From Azolla caroliniana (lineage: Eukaryota; Plantae; Polypodiophyta), in the NCBI GenBank assembly GCA_043228905.1, contig JBHGNT010000002.1, positions 4,898,001-4,962,000 of the forward strand: a stretch of DNA of 64,000 nt, given 5' to 3'. Shown here in pieces: positions 1 to 11,946 of the stretch (the first letter of the stretch is position 1; each line of letters opens with the position of its first letter). Under the pieces are notes generated by a model. The model saw only the letters and a program-made list of their open reading frames with translations, searched no databases and was not told where the DNA came from. Position numbers and translations under genes: made by a program.

Positions 1-699
1 ATTTCTCAAAGGTTCATAATTTGACAATGCATCTATCATTTTCTGCTTGGTTTGTTGCAAGTTGGACGAAAGAAAGAAAGCCGAAACTTAGTTGTGAGAT
101 GATGTTTCACACAAAAATATTTCTACTAGTTAAAGCTAAATAAAGAAAGGCATCTCCCATACGAATCCAAGAGCATACCCTTGAGGACTAGAACATCTAT
201 CCATTTTAGGGCTTGTAGAAACGAGCTGATGCCCATGATCTAAAATCTATTGGTGAATTTCATATCAATGCACAAAGTACTTCACTCCAAATTTGAACTC
301 ATTCATACATGTCAAGCATTGAAAACTCTCTCTTTTCTCCACCATACTTTGTTGATGTTATATATTTTTGGAATGGTAAAATTGCATCAATAGTTTGCAT
401 GTATGGCCTTACTTGTTACAATTATAATTGAAGAGTGATCAATACTCTCAAATTATTGAGAATACTTCTAATGGTTGCTTTTCATCTTGTAAGGGTGATA
501 AGGAAATGTAAGAAAGAATCTAGTTGAAAAGTTCCTCGTGAGGTGCCGAATTAACGAGAAAGACAACAGTTGGATGCTTCGGTCATGAATAAAGAAATAT
601 ATATACACACCTTTTTAGGATGGAGAGGACACATAGGAAACAAAAGGGAAGGTGAGAAACAAGGAAAAAAGATTGAAAAAGATGATGGGGAGGAGAGAG

Positions 700-855
700 A
701 GAGAGAGAGAGAGAGAGAAAAGAAAGAAAAGAAAGATATATTAACGTCTTCTAAGGCCAAAATTGGCCCATGAGACAATTGGTTTACAACAAAATGAGTA
801 TTTATCCAATCATCATAACTAAAATAAAATAAAATAAAAATAGAGAGAGAGAGAG
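700..855 (-). mobile_element. Short non-autonomous element carrying a LINE-type 3' end, embedded in (GA)n
   Basis: Core AAAGATATATTAACGTCTTCTAAGGCCAAAATTGGCCCATGAGACAATTGGTTTACAACAAAAT is the near-exact reverse complement of 19470-19535. It resembles the 3' tails of the LINE copies at 5190-8520. (GA)n lies on both sides. Confidence 0.7.
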
Positions 856-1402
856 GACGAACGAGAGTGAAAAGGACACATTATCCATCCCAACCAATAG
901 AGGCATTGCCGACAAGTAAGTTCCTCCCCATAATGTGTATGCGTATAGCAACATTTTGGAATCGAACTTAGGACATTACATGCCAACCACAATGATACAA
1001 GCAATAACAACAATAATAGATGGTTTTCTCGCTTGCATGGGGACAATAGTGCAAGCAAACAAAGAGGATGAGACAACAAGGGAGTTGTTTTTCTTTTTTT
1101 ACTTATCATTAGGACCGCCCATTAAACCACAACTCCGATGCAAAAAGACGACAATCACAGATGGCGAAGCGAAAAGAAGAAAACGGAAAAGATGGAAAGA
1201 CAAAGAGAGGTGATGATGGCGACATGACAAGGAAATGAACCGACAAGAAACCGCAATGCGATGATAAAGGTAGGCAGGCAAGCCAAGCAGGTGGGTGTGG
1301 CACAAAGGAGTTGGTCTTCTTCTTCTTCTTCTTTTGCTCTTTCGTCGAAAGACGCCATTGGAATTTGTTGGGTGTGTTGTTACTCGGAGGTAGTTAGGTT
1401 GG

Positions 1403-1504
<102 letters not shown>

Positions 1505-1848
1505 GGGATGTCACACTTTGATGTGTATGAGAAAACGTGTGGGGCATATCACTCCTCCCCAACATATTTTTAAAAAAATTCTAGGATTAATTTGAGTAGA
1601 TAAATATAAAATTGAGTAAAAATAAATAAAAGGGATTTATTTTTTTTAATTTTAATTTTTTGTTTTTATTAAATCTCTTTTCCTTTATTTTGTTGGATTT
1701 TTAACCCGGTCAATCCCTCAGATTTGGGCCTCTCTTGACTCTTTGACTCTTGACTCGTTCAAGGCAGAAGAAAGCAAGAGAGAGAGAAGAAGAAGAAGAA
1801 GAAGAAGAAGAAGGAAAATTCATTCATACTTTGTTTTCTTCACATTCA

Positions 1849-1899
<51 letters not shown>

Positions 1900-1994
1900 C
1901 CCTGTTTCTCTTCTCTGAAATGCAAATGGAAATGGAAATGAAGCATTGACATGGGGACAGGGACTTTGATGAAATTCATTAAAGCATGAATGAG

Positions 1995-2140
1995 AGAGAG
2001 ACAGAGAGAAGAGAGAGATAATACAATCAATCAAAAGGAGATTAGAGGCACAGAGAGAGAGAGAGACAGAGACAGAGAGAAGAGAGAGATAATACAATCA
2101 ATCAAAAGGAGATTAGAGGCACAGAGAGAGAGAGAGAGAG
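1995..2140. repeat. 71-bp tandem duplication within GA-rich DNA upstream of the VQ gene
   Basis: GAGAGAGATAATACAATCAATCAAAAGGAGATTAGAGGCACAGAGAGAG occurs at ~2011 and ~2082. Confidence 0.85.
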
Positions 2141-2146
2141 AGAGCT

Positions 2147-2178
<32 letters not shown>

Positions 2179-2363
2179 ATGTGTCCCCCTCCCTCCCCCT
2201 TCCCTGCCTTTTTTTCTGCTTTCCATTGATTGTGTCCTTATAAATCCTTCCCAACTCCTGCTTTTGCCCTGTTCCTCCTCCCTTCTCACTCCACACAATC
2301 AACCAGAGAAACAGAGAAGTATATGCACAACCCATGATCACCTGAAGAGAGGGATTCAAACAC

Positions 2364-2396
<33 letters not shown>

Positions 2397-2536
2397 GTAT
2401 GTATACATGTAGAGAGAGAGAGAGAGAGAGAGATCAATTCACTCATTCACTCTCTTCCATCTATTTATATATCTATTAAATCCCCCCCTCCCCCCTCCCC
2501 TCTCTCATCTTTTTCTTTTTCTCTGTGCAGCTGAAT

Positions 2537-3637
2537 ATGGCCATGCCTAATGGTGCTAGTGTTGATGATGACCTTTTTCTTCTTAATAATCAGTATGAGA
2601 AAGAGAGCCCATTCTCAAGCAACAATTCAGCCTCTCCTCTCTCACTTTCCAAAGAGAATTACCAAGATCAAAGCTCCCTTACCCATAACAACAACAATCC
2701 AGTAGACTATACTAACAATAATGCTCATGTTTCATCCACAACACCAAACAATGATATCTCTGATTCAAGAGCAAATCTCTATTCAACCAAACCAATCAAA
2801 GGAACACTCGGAAGCGGAAAAATTACTAAACGACGCTCTCGAGCCGCAAATAAGAAAGCTCCCATTGCTATGCATTCAACCGATGCATCTAATTTCAGAG
2901 ATATGGTTCAAAAACTTACAGGAATACCTTTGTCTAACACTTCTGTCCAGCATTACAATGGCTCCATGCCGTTCTTTAAACCTAACCCTAATAGGATCTC
3001 AATGACTAGTAATGGAGGAAATAATCTACACCAACTTCCTACCCTTGATACTTCAGTTTCATTTTTGGGTTCTATAAATGGTCCTCAAAGCAATAATCAT
3101 TTCCAGAGTCTGTCTCTTCTCCAAAGAGCTTCTCAAAAGCCATCTTTATATGCTTCTAGTCCTTCATTTTTAGGACCCAACGGAGAGGTCTCAGAGTTGG
3201 GTTTAGAGAGAAGATCTACAACCAACTTCTCTTCGACTAGAAATCCACCATTTGATATCAAACCATTGCCAGATCATCAACATATGATACCCCCCATGGG
3301 TAGTTACAATCAATCATCATCATCAAGTTCAACAATATCACCATCATCCTTGCCACATCTATGGAATACATTAGAGAATGAGAGGGCTAAAGTAAACTAT
3401 CCTACATATCGGGAGGATCTAATGAGCAAACAAAGATATCTAGGTCAAGGTATAATAACAGAATCTGCTGAGGAATTGATTTCTTCTAGGCAAGCCTCAA
3501 CTTTACCATTGGATAACTTCAAAATGCTTGAGGAGATGCAAGGGAAATCATCGTATAATCCCGACGATATGTGGTTTGCTTATGATGGATCCATCGTTAA
3601 CCATTCTCCAACGGTAGGATTGACAAGAACCTCTTAA
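2537..3637 (+). CDS. VQ-motif-containing protein (single coding exon, ~366 aa)
   Basis: RRSRA...TDASNFRDMVQKLTG matches the FxxxVQxLTG VQ signature. The first true ATG is at 2537. A polypyrimidine tract plus TGCAG ending at 2530 suggests a 5'-UTR intron. Confidence 0.9.
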   Translation: MAMPNGASVDDDLFLLNNQYEKESPFSSNNSASPLSLSKENYQDQSSLTHNNNNPVDYTNNNAHVSSTTPNNDISDSRANLYSTKPIKGTLGSGKITKRRSRAANKKAPIAMHSTDASNFRDMVQKLTGIPLSNTSVQHYNGSMPFFKPNPNRISMTSNGGNNLHQLPTLDTSVSFLGSINGPQSNNHFQSLSLLQRASQKPSLYASSPSFLGPNGEVSELGLERRSTTNFSSTRNPPFDIKPLPDHQHMIPPMGSYNQSSSSSSTISPSSLPHLWNTLENERAKVNYPTYREDLMSKQRYLGQGIITESAEELISSRQASTLPLDNFKMLEEMQGKSSYNPDDMWFAYDGSIVNHSPTVGLTRTS

Positions 3638-5184
3638 GATAATTTACCAATACGAAAGGGTAAATTTTAAATCCCTTATGACATGTACGTATATGATGAA
3701 GAGTTAGAAGAAAAAAACCTTGGACATAGCTCCATTTTGTAGTTGTAAATGCATAAAAATCTACTTTAGGTCAATTATATACAGAAGACTGATATAATCA
3801 TTATATACCCAGAATATGTAAAAAAATTACATCTCTTATCTATATCTTGATATAATTTCTTTGCCATGATCGTGTTTGAATATGTTGTTTCACAGATATA
3901 AACCATCATTGTGAATGGTGAATCAATATAAGCATAAATGTGATTATAACCCAAATGCTAAATTAATACATTTCAACACACTGAAATGTTTTTTTGTTCT
4001 TTCATAATAAAATTTTGCCATTATGAATCAGAATCAAAATGAGTCAAATTCTCAAAACAATCAGGCTAGTTAGAAACTATATAATATGTTGTGATAAGGT
4101 CACTGATATTTCATTGCCACGCATGTCTTTCTTATTTGAATCCATTCTGAAGCATGTCTTCTGTGGCAGCTGATGTAAGATGATTTTGATCGGCTATTAT
4201 TACTTTTGTGTGATGGTGGAAATCTTGTTTATCTAATAAATGATTCCCTCAATTGAGAGGATAATATCCAAAGAATCGCAAATCCTATCCGATTCCCAAA
4301 AAACTATAACCAGGAATGGTTGCAAGGCACATATTATAGAGATCCAAATCCTAGACACATATCATTAACTTATTCCATTGACTAATTTAGATTCTGACTC
4401 ATAAACTATAAAATCATAAATCATGGCATTGCATTGATTCTCTGTGGGGCATGGCCAAGTGGGAAAGGCAGCGGGTTTTCATCCCATCCATCATTTGAAG
4501 GCTCAAAAGCCTTCCATGACACATGTATCAATTGCCAAGATCATCATATCATAGAACATAAGTGAAGAGTCCTGTGTTTACTTTGATCAATTATTCAAGA
4601 ACTACAAATCATGATGAGGCATCACATCACCTCAACAATATGTATGAATGAAGACTGAAATAATCACATCATTTATGTAGATAAAGTTAGCTGCACTGCT
4701 TATTGCTTATTTCTTCTACTCTTTAACTCTCCATAACTTCTCTTAAGTTCTCATCTTCCCTCTCTTTGTATGGTATACCTTCGGCCACATTGGGTTTCAA
4801 GGCCTGATGAGACCTCTATTTGGGTCACTCAGTTTGGGGATACCACCGGGATGAATGAATCTAGAGACAATGTTAATTTACAATAAAATATATAGACATG
4901 TCTGTCTTTCAATCCGAGCTTGAAAAAAGAGTAATAATCGCCAACAGCCAAGTGGCAACATAATCTACCTCTACACGCAACAGAAAGATGATCAAGATGA
5001 TAGAGACGATGGAAAGGGACTGTGCCCAACTAGATAATCAAAAAGGTGTTACGTAGATAAGATCAAATGGAAGGATAGGAGGATACTTTGTTGAACTTCA
5101 AAAAAGTTAAAATACATCATGCAGAATCTCACTCAAATGCGTGTCAAGAGGAGAGACTTGGCAAATGAATACCCTGAAAATCCA

Positions 5185-6480
5185 GAAAGCAAGAATGATA
5201 TATAATGTCTTTTAAGAGGCCACGATAGCTCATGAGACCGAAAGAGAGATTATGACCCAAAAATGTTAGAAACAAAAAATAAATATGACTAAACTAGAAA
5301 AACTGCCTAAAGCGCCAGATAAATCTTATCTTTGAGCTTGGATGGACTAAAAAACTGCTGCCTTCAAAAGATATTCCTAAATGGGGTGATTCATGATGGA
5401 GACGCCTCTGAAGCTAAAAGCGCCAGATAATCTTATCTTTGAGCTTGCATGGATTAAAACTGCTGCCTTCAAAAGATACCTAATTGGGGTGATTCAAGAT
5501 GGAGAGGCATCTGAAGCTAGGGAATGACCACAGGTTTCGGATGATGGTCTTGATTTGTCTATAAGAAGAGTGGCAGTCCAATGTCCAGATGGACATGGCC
5601 TATGTGCATGAAAAAATTACTACTGCCCAGTCTAACGTAACCACTTTCGAATGTCGTGGTTGAATCCCCACTAGTTACCCTGGATTGATTTGTAACACGA
5701 CGAATGATGACGCAAAAGAAAGTTTTTGTGGTCGTGTTGTTATCTTTCAATTACTCTTTGTCTCTTGATTTCTGGCAAGAACAGTCCCAAACATCTATGA
5801 TCTTCGTATTCCATTACCTTACGGATAGGGCCAAAGCCATCTTGACAGAGGCACTAGTGTCTCTCGCGTACTTCATCAAAAGTAATACAGTGACAAGCAT
5901 TGTGCTCCTCTGATTCCACATTTGCTGGAACAATTGGCAGATCTATTCTTCCATAGGTTTGTGTGCATGTCTGCCTGTCTCAATGTCAACAGATGTGAAG
6001 AGTTCCTGAGCAACCCCTATCACCCTATGGGAAAAAATGAGATAGATGTGCTTCCATATAAGAGGGTTTGATGATAAATTTATATATGACTTTATGTGTA
6101 AAAGGAGGGCCTTATTAATACCAGTTCGAATCACTTTATTTTCTCTACTTTGGTGGACATCCAAGCTATATCGAAATGGGGTGATGCATTTATATTAATG
6201 CAATTCTGTAGAGACGAGCTGGTGTTACAAGTGTATCAAAAAACCACAATTTTGTTTGTGGCTCTTGAAAGACAATTTGTATATCCACAAAGAAGAATAT
6301 AGTGAGAACTGAGGACATGTGAATGTTACTCTTAGGTAAGTGTACGATCTTGTGTGTGCCATCTTTCCTCTCCCAAGAAGAATTCCAGTTATGATTAACC
6401 ACGCTTGAATGGTATAAAACAACATAACTCTAGTTCGATCAAGGTTTACCTCTCAATGTGATAAGATGCCTTGTCTATAT
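5185..6480 (-). mobile_element. Degraded, internally deleted non-LTR retrotransposon (LINE) 3' part
   Basis: Minus-strand remnants KLWFFDTLVTPARLY (post-RT region) and VDIETGRHAHKPMEE*ICQL (C-terminal zinc finger). The conserved 3' terminus is at ~5195. A ~108-bp tandem duplication lies at 5309-5519. Confidence 0.7.
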
Positions 6481-6951
6481 AAAGACCGTTCAGAGTAATT
6501 GATCTTGTTATGCTCCAATCATACTAGCCACAACCTCTAGCAACCCTTAGGAGCATGCAACTTTCCTAACATTGATTTACATAGTGCAAAGATTTTCCAT
6601 TGCGTATCCACCACGTATCTAGTCATTGCAGGAGTGAAACACATGGTACAGAGTCGAAACCTCTCCAGATATCCAAAAAGCAACAAAAGATTCTCCTTTT
6701 ATTGGTTTTTCCTTCTCAACAAGGGGCTTCATGGGCCAATATTTGACCCGAAGTGGTGAACCCTTTGCAGAAACCTGCTTGTCCAACTGAATGGCAGTCA
6801 TTTCTATTGGCCCACACACTCAATATTGACTGTGGATCATGCTGTGTTTGGCCAGGAAATGGTCAATCTTGATTGTCCTATAGCTACTACATGTCATGGC
6901 CCATGGGATTTCCCTTCTTCAAGATGGGTACAATGATATATGCACCGCTAA

Positions 6952-7800
6952 CAAGAAAGAAAGATATATTAATGTCTTCTAAGAGGCCACAATGGCCTAA
7001 AGGACCAAACAAGAGATTACATCTTAAGTGTTCTCTCGTCTTTGAGAACCACAAATCAAAATAAAGCAAATATTACTAAGTAAATAAGATAAAAAGAGAC
7101 TAAAGAATCTGGTTTTCACACATGTAAGATTCTCAAGTTAGATATATTACAACTTTTGTCTTCGAAAGATCTCCACAATAGGTTGATCCAGAATGGAGAG
7201 TTCTCTGACATGAGGGAAACACCTGCGATGGCGGGAGATAATGGCCTTTTTGTCAATGACAAGGGTGTTGAGGTCGTGCTCTGCGGTCCGCGGTACTAGG
7301 CCTACATGCACAATGAATTGCTATTGCCCAAACTATTGTAACCCCTTTGTTATGTCCTGATCAGGAGCCCATTTGTGTAGCCCTTGATTGACTTGAGCAT
7401 TAGTAGGAGTGATGGGGCTAAAGAAAGTTGTGATTGTTCTTTGTGAATGAGCTTGTGTGGCTATGCTATTGTCCTTAAACAACTTTTCCCGATGTCTCTT
7501 GAGTTCTAGAAGAAAAGTCCTAGACACTGTTGGTCCTCATATTCTATCACCTTGCGTAGTGGGCCAAAGCCTTGTTTGAAGAGGCAATGGTATCTCCCTC
7601 TTATTTCATAAAAGACAATACAGTGACAAACATAGTGTTCTTTGGATCCCATTCCTTGATGACACAATTGGCAAATTCTTTCTTCTAGAGGTATTCGTGT
7701 ATATCTACGTACCTCAATCTCTAACTGATGTGATGAAGTTCGCAACTGCCCTATCAAACTGTGCAGTGTAGATGTATGTCCATAGAAGGTGGCCTAATAA
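6952..7800 (-). mobile_element. 5'-truncated LINE 3' end (C-terminal CCHC finger + 3' UTR + (TTTC)n tail)
   Basis: ORF 7506-7757 reads GQLRTSSHQLEIEVRRYTRIPLEERICQLCHQGMGSKEHYVCHC. On the - strand the terminus is GACATTAATATATCTTTCTTTCTT. Confidence 0.8.
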
Positions 7801-8004
7801 TGAATCCATCCTCCGATGTGTGTAAAAAGTGATTTGTAGTGAGGCACGAAGGCACTACTCAGGAATGTCATAGAATGCCTTTGTGTATTCATGCAAAGAG
7901 TACTCATAGAAACCTATTTTGTTCATGTGAAACTAATGCTAGCAACATATAAGTTCCTATACCAGTGTGTATAGACTAATGAATCCAGCATCAAAACAAA
8001 TATA

Positions 8005-8360
8005 TGTAGAAAGAAAGGCATATTAGCATATTTTAAGAGACCAAAATAGCTATGGGACTTAACGAGAGATCACATATTAAAATGTTGTCTATTTAGACAC
8101 TTGAGCTTATGATTTCTAAGGTTCCAAATAATCTCATTAGCTAAGCACTTAACATTCTAAATTTAAATAGACTAAAATTTCTGCCTTCAAAAGATCTCCA
8201 ACATGAGCTGATATACAAGATATAGAGGTCTCCAAAATGAGTAGTAGATAAGTGAATGCATCTTTATACAAACACCTTTCCAAGATGTTGGGAAACATAT
8301 CAAAGAATGCAAAAACAAAGAAAGTATGAACTATTAACGTCTATAAAGGGCTAATGAGAT
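8005..8360 (-). mobile_element. Two further short LINE 3'-UTR fragments (termini ~8015 and ~8325)
   Basis: Degenerate copies of the same 3'-terminal and CTGCCTTCAAAAGATCTCC motifs. Confidence 0.55.
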
Positions 8361-8431
8361 CTGAAAAGATTATAATTGTGTATGTTTAACTCATCAATGC
8401 AAGTAACAAAAGAAAAAATATCTTTCTATGT

Positions 8432-9950
8432 AGAAAAAAGAAGGATATATTAATGCCTTTTGAGAGGCCAGAATGACCTATAGGACCTAATGAGAGATTA
8501 CATCTTAAAATATGTGTCTCATCTTTAAGAACAATAAAGCAAAACAAGAAATGTAACAAAGGATCTCATTCACTAAGAACTTAATATTCTGAACTTCGAA
8601 AACTGAAACTTCTTCAAAGGATTTCGAACATGGGTTAATTCAAGATGGAGAGGTCTCTGAGTTGAAGGAAGCACCTTTGATACTGGGTCATAACGGCCTT
8701 TACTTGTCGATGACAAGGGTGATGAAGCCATGGTCTACATGACCATGGCCTACTTGCATTATTTTTCTTTTCAATGACAATTTTCTTTTTCTCGATTTAT
8801 TGTAAACCTCTTTCGAGTGTCTAGTTGAGACCCCATTTGTGTAGCCCTTGATTGAACATGGAGCTAAAGAAATGTTACGATGGTTCTTTGTTGATGAGCT
8901 ATTGTGGTTGTATTGTTGTCCTTGACAACTTCCCTCTGTGTCTCTTGAATTCTAGAAAGAATAGTCCCAAGCACCTTTGGTCTTTGTATTCCATTACTTT
9001 GCATGATGGGCAAAAGCATTGTCTAATGAGGCAATGGTGTATCCATCTACCAGACAACGGCAAACATAGTGTTCCTCCAATTCCAACCCCCAATGGCACA
9101 ATTGGCAGATCTGTTCTTGCATAGATTTGTGTGCATATGTACCTATCTCAATTGCTAACTGATATGGAGAGGTTCTAAGTTGTCCCATCACACACAAAGG
9201 ACATGGAATAGATGTCTATTCATATAAGCACTGATCATAAATCTATCCTTTGATTTGTGTAGAAATAGTGACTGATAAGTTGGCCATTTTCCTACCAAGA
9301 GATGTTGTGGAGATGACCTACTCTATTTCATTATCCAATTTAATGAATCAATTCAGATCACTCAATTCTTTTCCACTTTGGTCATATTCAGGGTGGACAA
9401 TCCAAATATATATTAGAATAGGGTTAGTGCATTTATATTTATGCCATGTGACTGGAACCATTCTTGCATTTCAGCTACTAATAATGATTATCTCCATGTT
9501 CAGCCAACTGTTTTGATGAGGCTCTCACATCCATTGGATATCAGTATTGATTCAATGAATGTCTCGGCCTAAATTATATCATGGGGCACCGATGCTTTGC
9601 TCCGTACCATGAAGGCAATCATTGAGACTAAATTGAACTCCAAATCTGTCCAGTTGTGTGCCCTATGAAAGCCCCCCCCGCCCCCAATTTTCTACTTCAG
9701 AGGAGATTCGGCATTACTAGTGTATCGAACAACCACAATTTAGTTCATGATTCTTTCAAGGGCACCATGGGCTGCATATCCACAAGAGAGTTGAGCACAA
9801 GCAGCTTTCAGTAGGGAAACCAAGGTCTTGTCAACATTACAACCTAGTATCTGGGCAATTGTGTGTATGCCACCTTTCCTTTCCCAAGCAGAATTTTGAT
9901 TCTGATCATGTGTATGCCACGTTGCAACGAGGTGGATAACAAGATAATAT
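8432..9950 (-). mobile_element. Degraded LINE 3' part (post-RT region + zinc finger + 3' UTR)
   Basis: GQLRTSPYQLAIEIGTYAHKSMQEQICQLCHWGLELEEHYVCRC (8994-9197) and a KLWLFDTLV-like segment at ~9720-9745. It has the same 3' terminus at ~8443. Confidence 0.75.
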
Positions 9951-10187
9951 AAAGATATTCAGTTTTAAGTCAAATTTTAATGCTTTGATTTTGCATCATT
10001 CTGAGCAGAATATCAACTCACAGTACCAGAAAGCCTCTGGTCTTTTATAGAAAGAAGTCTTAACTGTTAACATCCCTATATTCGTTTACCCAGCTATTCT
10101 TCAACCCCAAATGTCATATCTTTATTCATGCCAATCATGTTTTCTCCTTCCCAAGTTTGTGGCTTTGTTTACTTTTCCATTTGAGGA

Positions 10188-10760
10188 GTGTGCAAAGATG
10201 TGACCATGATATGCAAATATAGGAGGAATAATACGCAAAGTCATCAAAATAAGAACTTATTTTGCAACTATTGCAAAAAGACACCAGAATTTTGGGAAAA
10301 ATATTGGAAGCTTAATGGCAAACCACCGCCATCCAGTTCAGATTTGGGAAATAAGCAGAAAGCCAATCAATCTGATATACACAGAAAAAAGAAGAACAAC
10401 CACAACAAAAACAAGAAACACCACAGGAAAAACAAATAGAAGCCTACAGATACAAGAGCATCGATACATTCAAGTGAGTTTCCCATTTCCATTCGATTAA
10501 ATGTCTCAGATAATAGAAATGCTTGGCTTGTAGACTCGGGAGAGACTGATTCCATAACCCATCAATCATCCTTACTACATATATTTCAATGTGAAATTTG
10601 TGAATTTGGAAAGCATATGAGGAGAAATCTTCCTATTAGAAATAGTTGGAGATGTATGGGGCCCATCTACCATTCCTAATATTTCTGGCGCATGTTGGTT
10701 CATTTCCTTTATTGATGATTGTACTAGCATGACATGGGTGTTTTTGCTAAGAAACTAACC
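10188..10760 (+). mobile_element. Ty1/copia remnant: gag zinc knuckle, protease and integrase pieces, heavily deleted
   Basis: CNYCKK...YWKLNGKPP, AWLVDSG, CEICEFGKH, DVWGP and FIDDCTSMTWVF motifs occur in copia order. Confidence 0.75.
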
Positions 10761-11220
10761 TGTCGAGCCATACGTTTGTCATACCCCTTTGCCACTAGTC
10801 TTGCCTTATATCTCTCACACAATCCATCTTCTTTATATTTTACAGTTAACACCCATTTGCAACCAACTGCTTTCTTTTCCTTTGGTAAGCTTGCAAGTTC
10901 CCATCTCTTGTTCTTCACCAAAAGCCTGTATCTCAACATTCATAGTTTGTTTCCAATTATCATTAGATAAGGCCTCAGGCAAAATTTGGTGAGTGCTAAT
11001 ACTATTTAGCCTTGTACGAAAGCATTTTAGGGAATGGTAATACTATTTAATCTTGTAAGAAAGCATATATGGGCTGGAGAAAAATTTCTGAATGAAACAT
11101 CTTTACAAAGAGAATATAATGGCTTTTTAGTACATTTCTCTTGTCGCGTTCCTAATAGCAATAGGTGGACTTTCTGAATTAGTGGATGGTTCAGCTTCCA
11201 ATCAACCCTGATCACCACAT
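10760..11220 (-). mobile_element. Ty1/copia reverse transcriptase N-terminal fragment, inverted relative to the adjacent piece
   Basis: WELASLPKEKKAVGCKWVLTVKYKEDGLCERYKARLVAKGY. Confidence 0.85.
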
Positions 11221-11946
11221 AAGTTATTCTTAGACAGCACGTGAGTGGTGTACAGCAATATCAATTATCAATTATCAATTATCAATTGTATTTTCTTCAA
11301 TAGTGCAATTAAAATTCTAAGTATCTGAGTTCACTCTACTGTGTTATTAACAATCAATCCTTATTATCTTTATTCCGTAGAACTACATGTCCTTATAATG
11401 TTGCATGCACTGATATCCTTACCTTCATGGTTTCGGCTCATCATCCAAAAACTAAGAGTTACTATCCCAACATTCATGATCTTGACTCATCATCAAATAT
11501 AGGATTTTTTTCCATCGATGGTTGCTGAGCACGTTCAACAGTGTGCAAGACTGATGTTCTCGTCTATCTAAGTGGACAACAGCAGAGAAATGCAAACCTG
11601 CAATAGAAACATACAAAATGTCAAGACAAATGGGAAGCTCAAAGTATCTACACACATGCACAAAGAGGAAAGAGGAATACCTCAAGTTGCATATTACACA
11701 AATCACCTCAGACATGGTCTGGCATTGGCATGTCATTCATCAAATGCTTCTCAAAGAAACTTGTTCTTATGCTAGAAGCAATAGGAAACAACCACATGCA
11801 CACCATCAATAAAATGGAATATCTTGTGATTAATATACCTCATGCATCATAATTACCTGTCAATCTTGTTCTATTTATGGAGACTATGATGCAGGACTTT
11901 GGCCAGTATCAGAAACTACCGTGTAGTTGAAAAGATCCATTGCATT

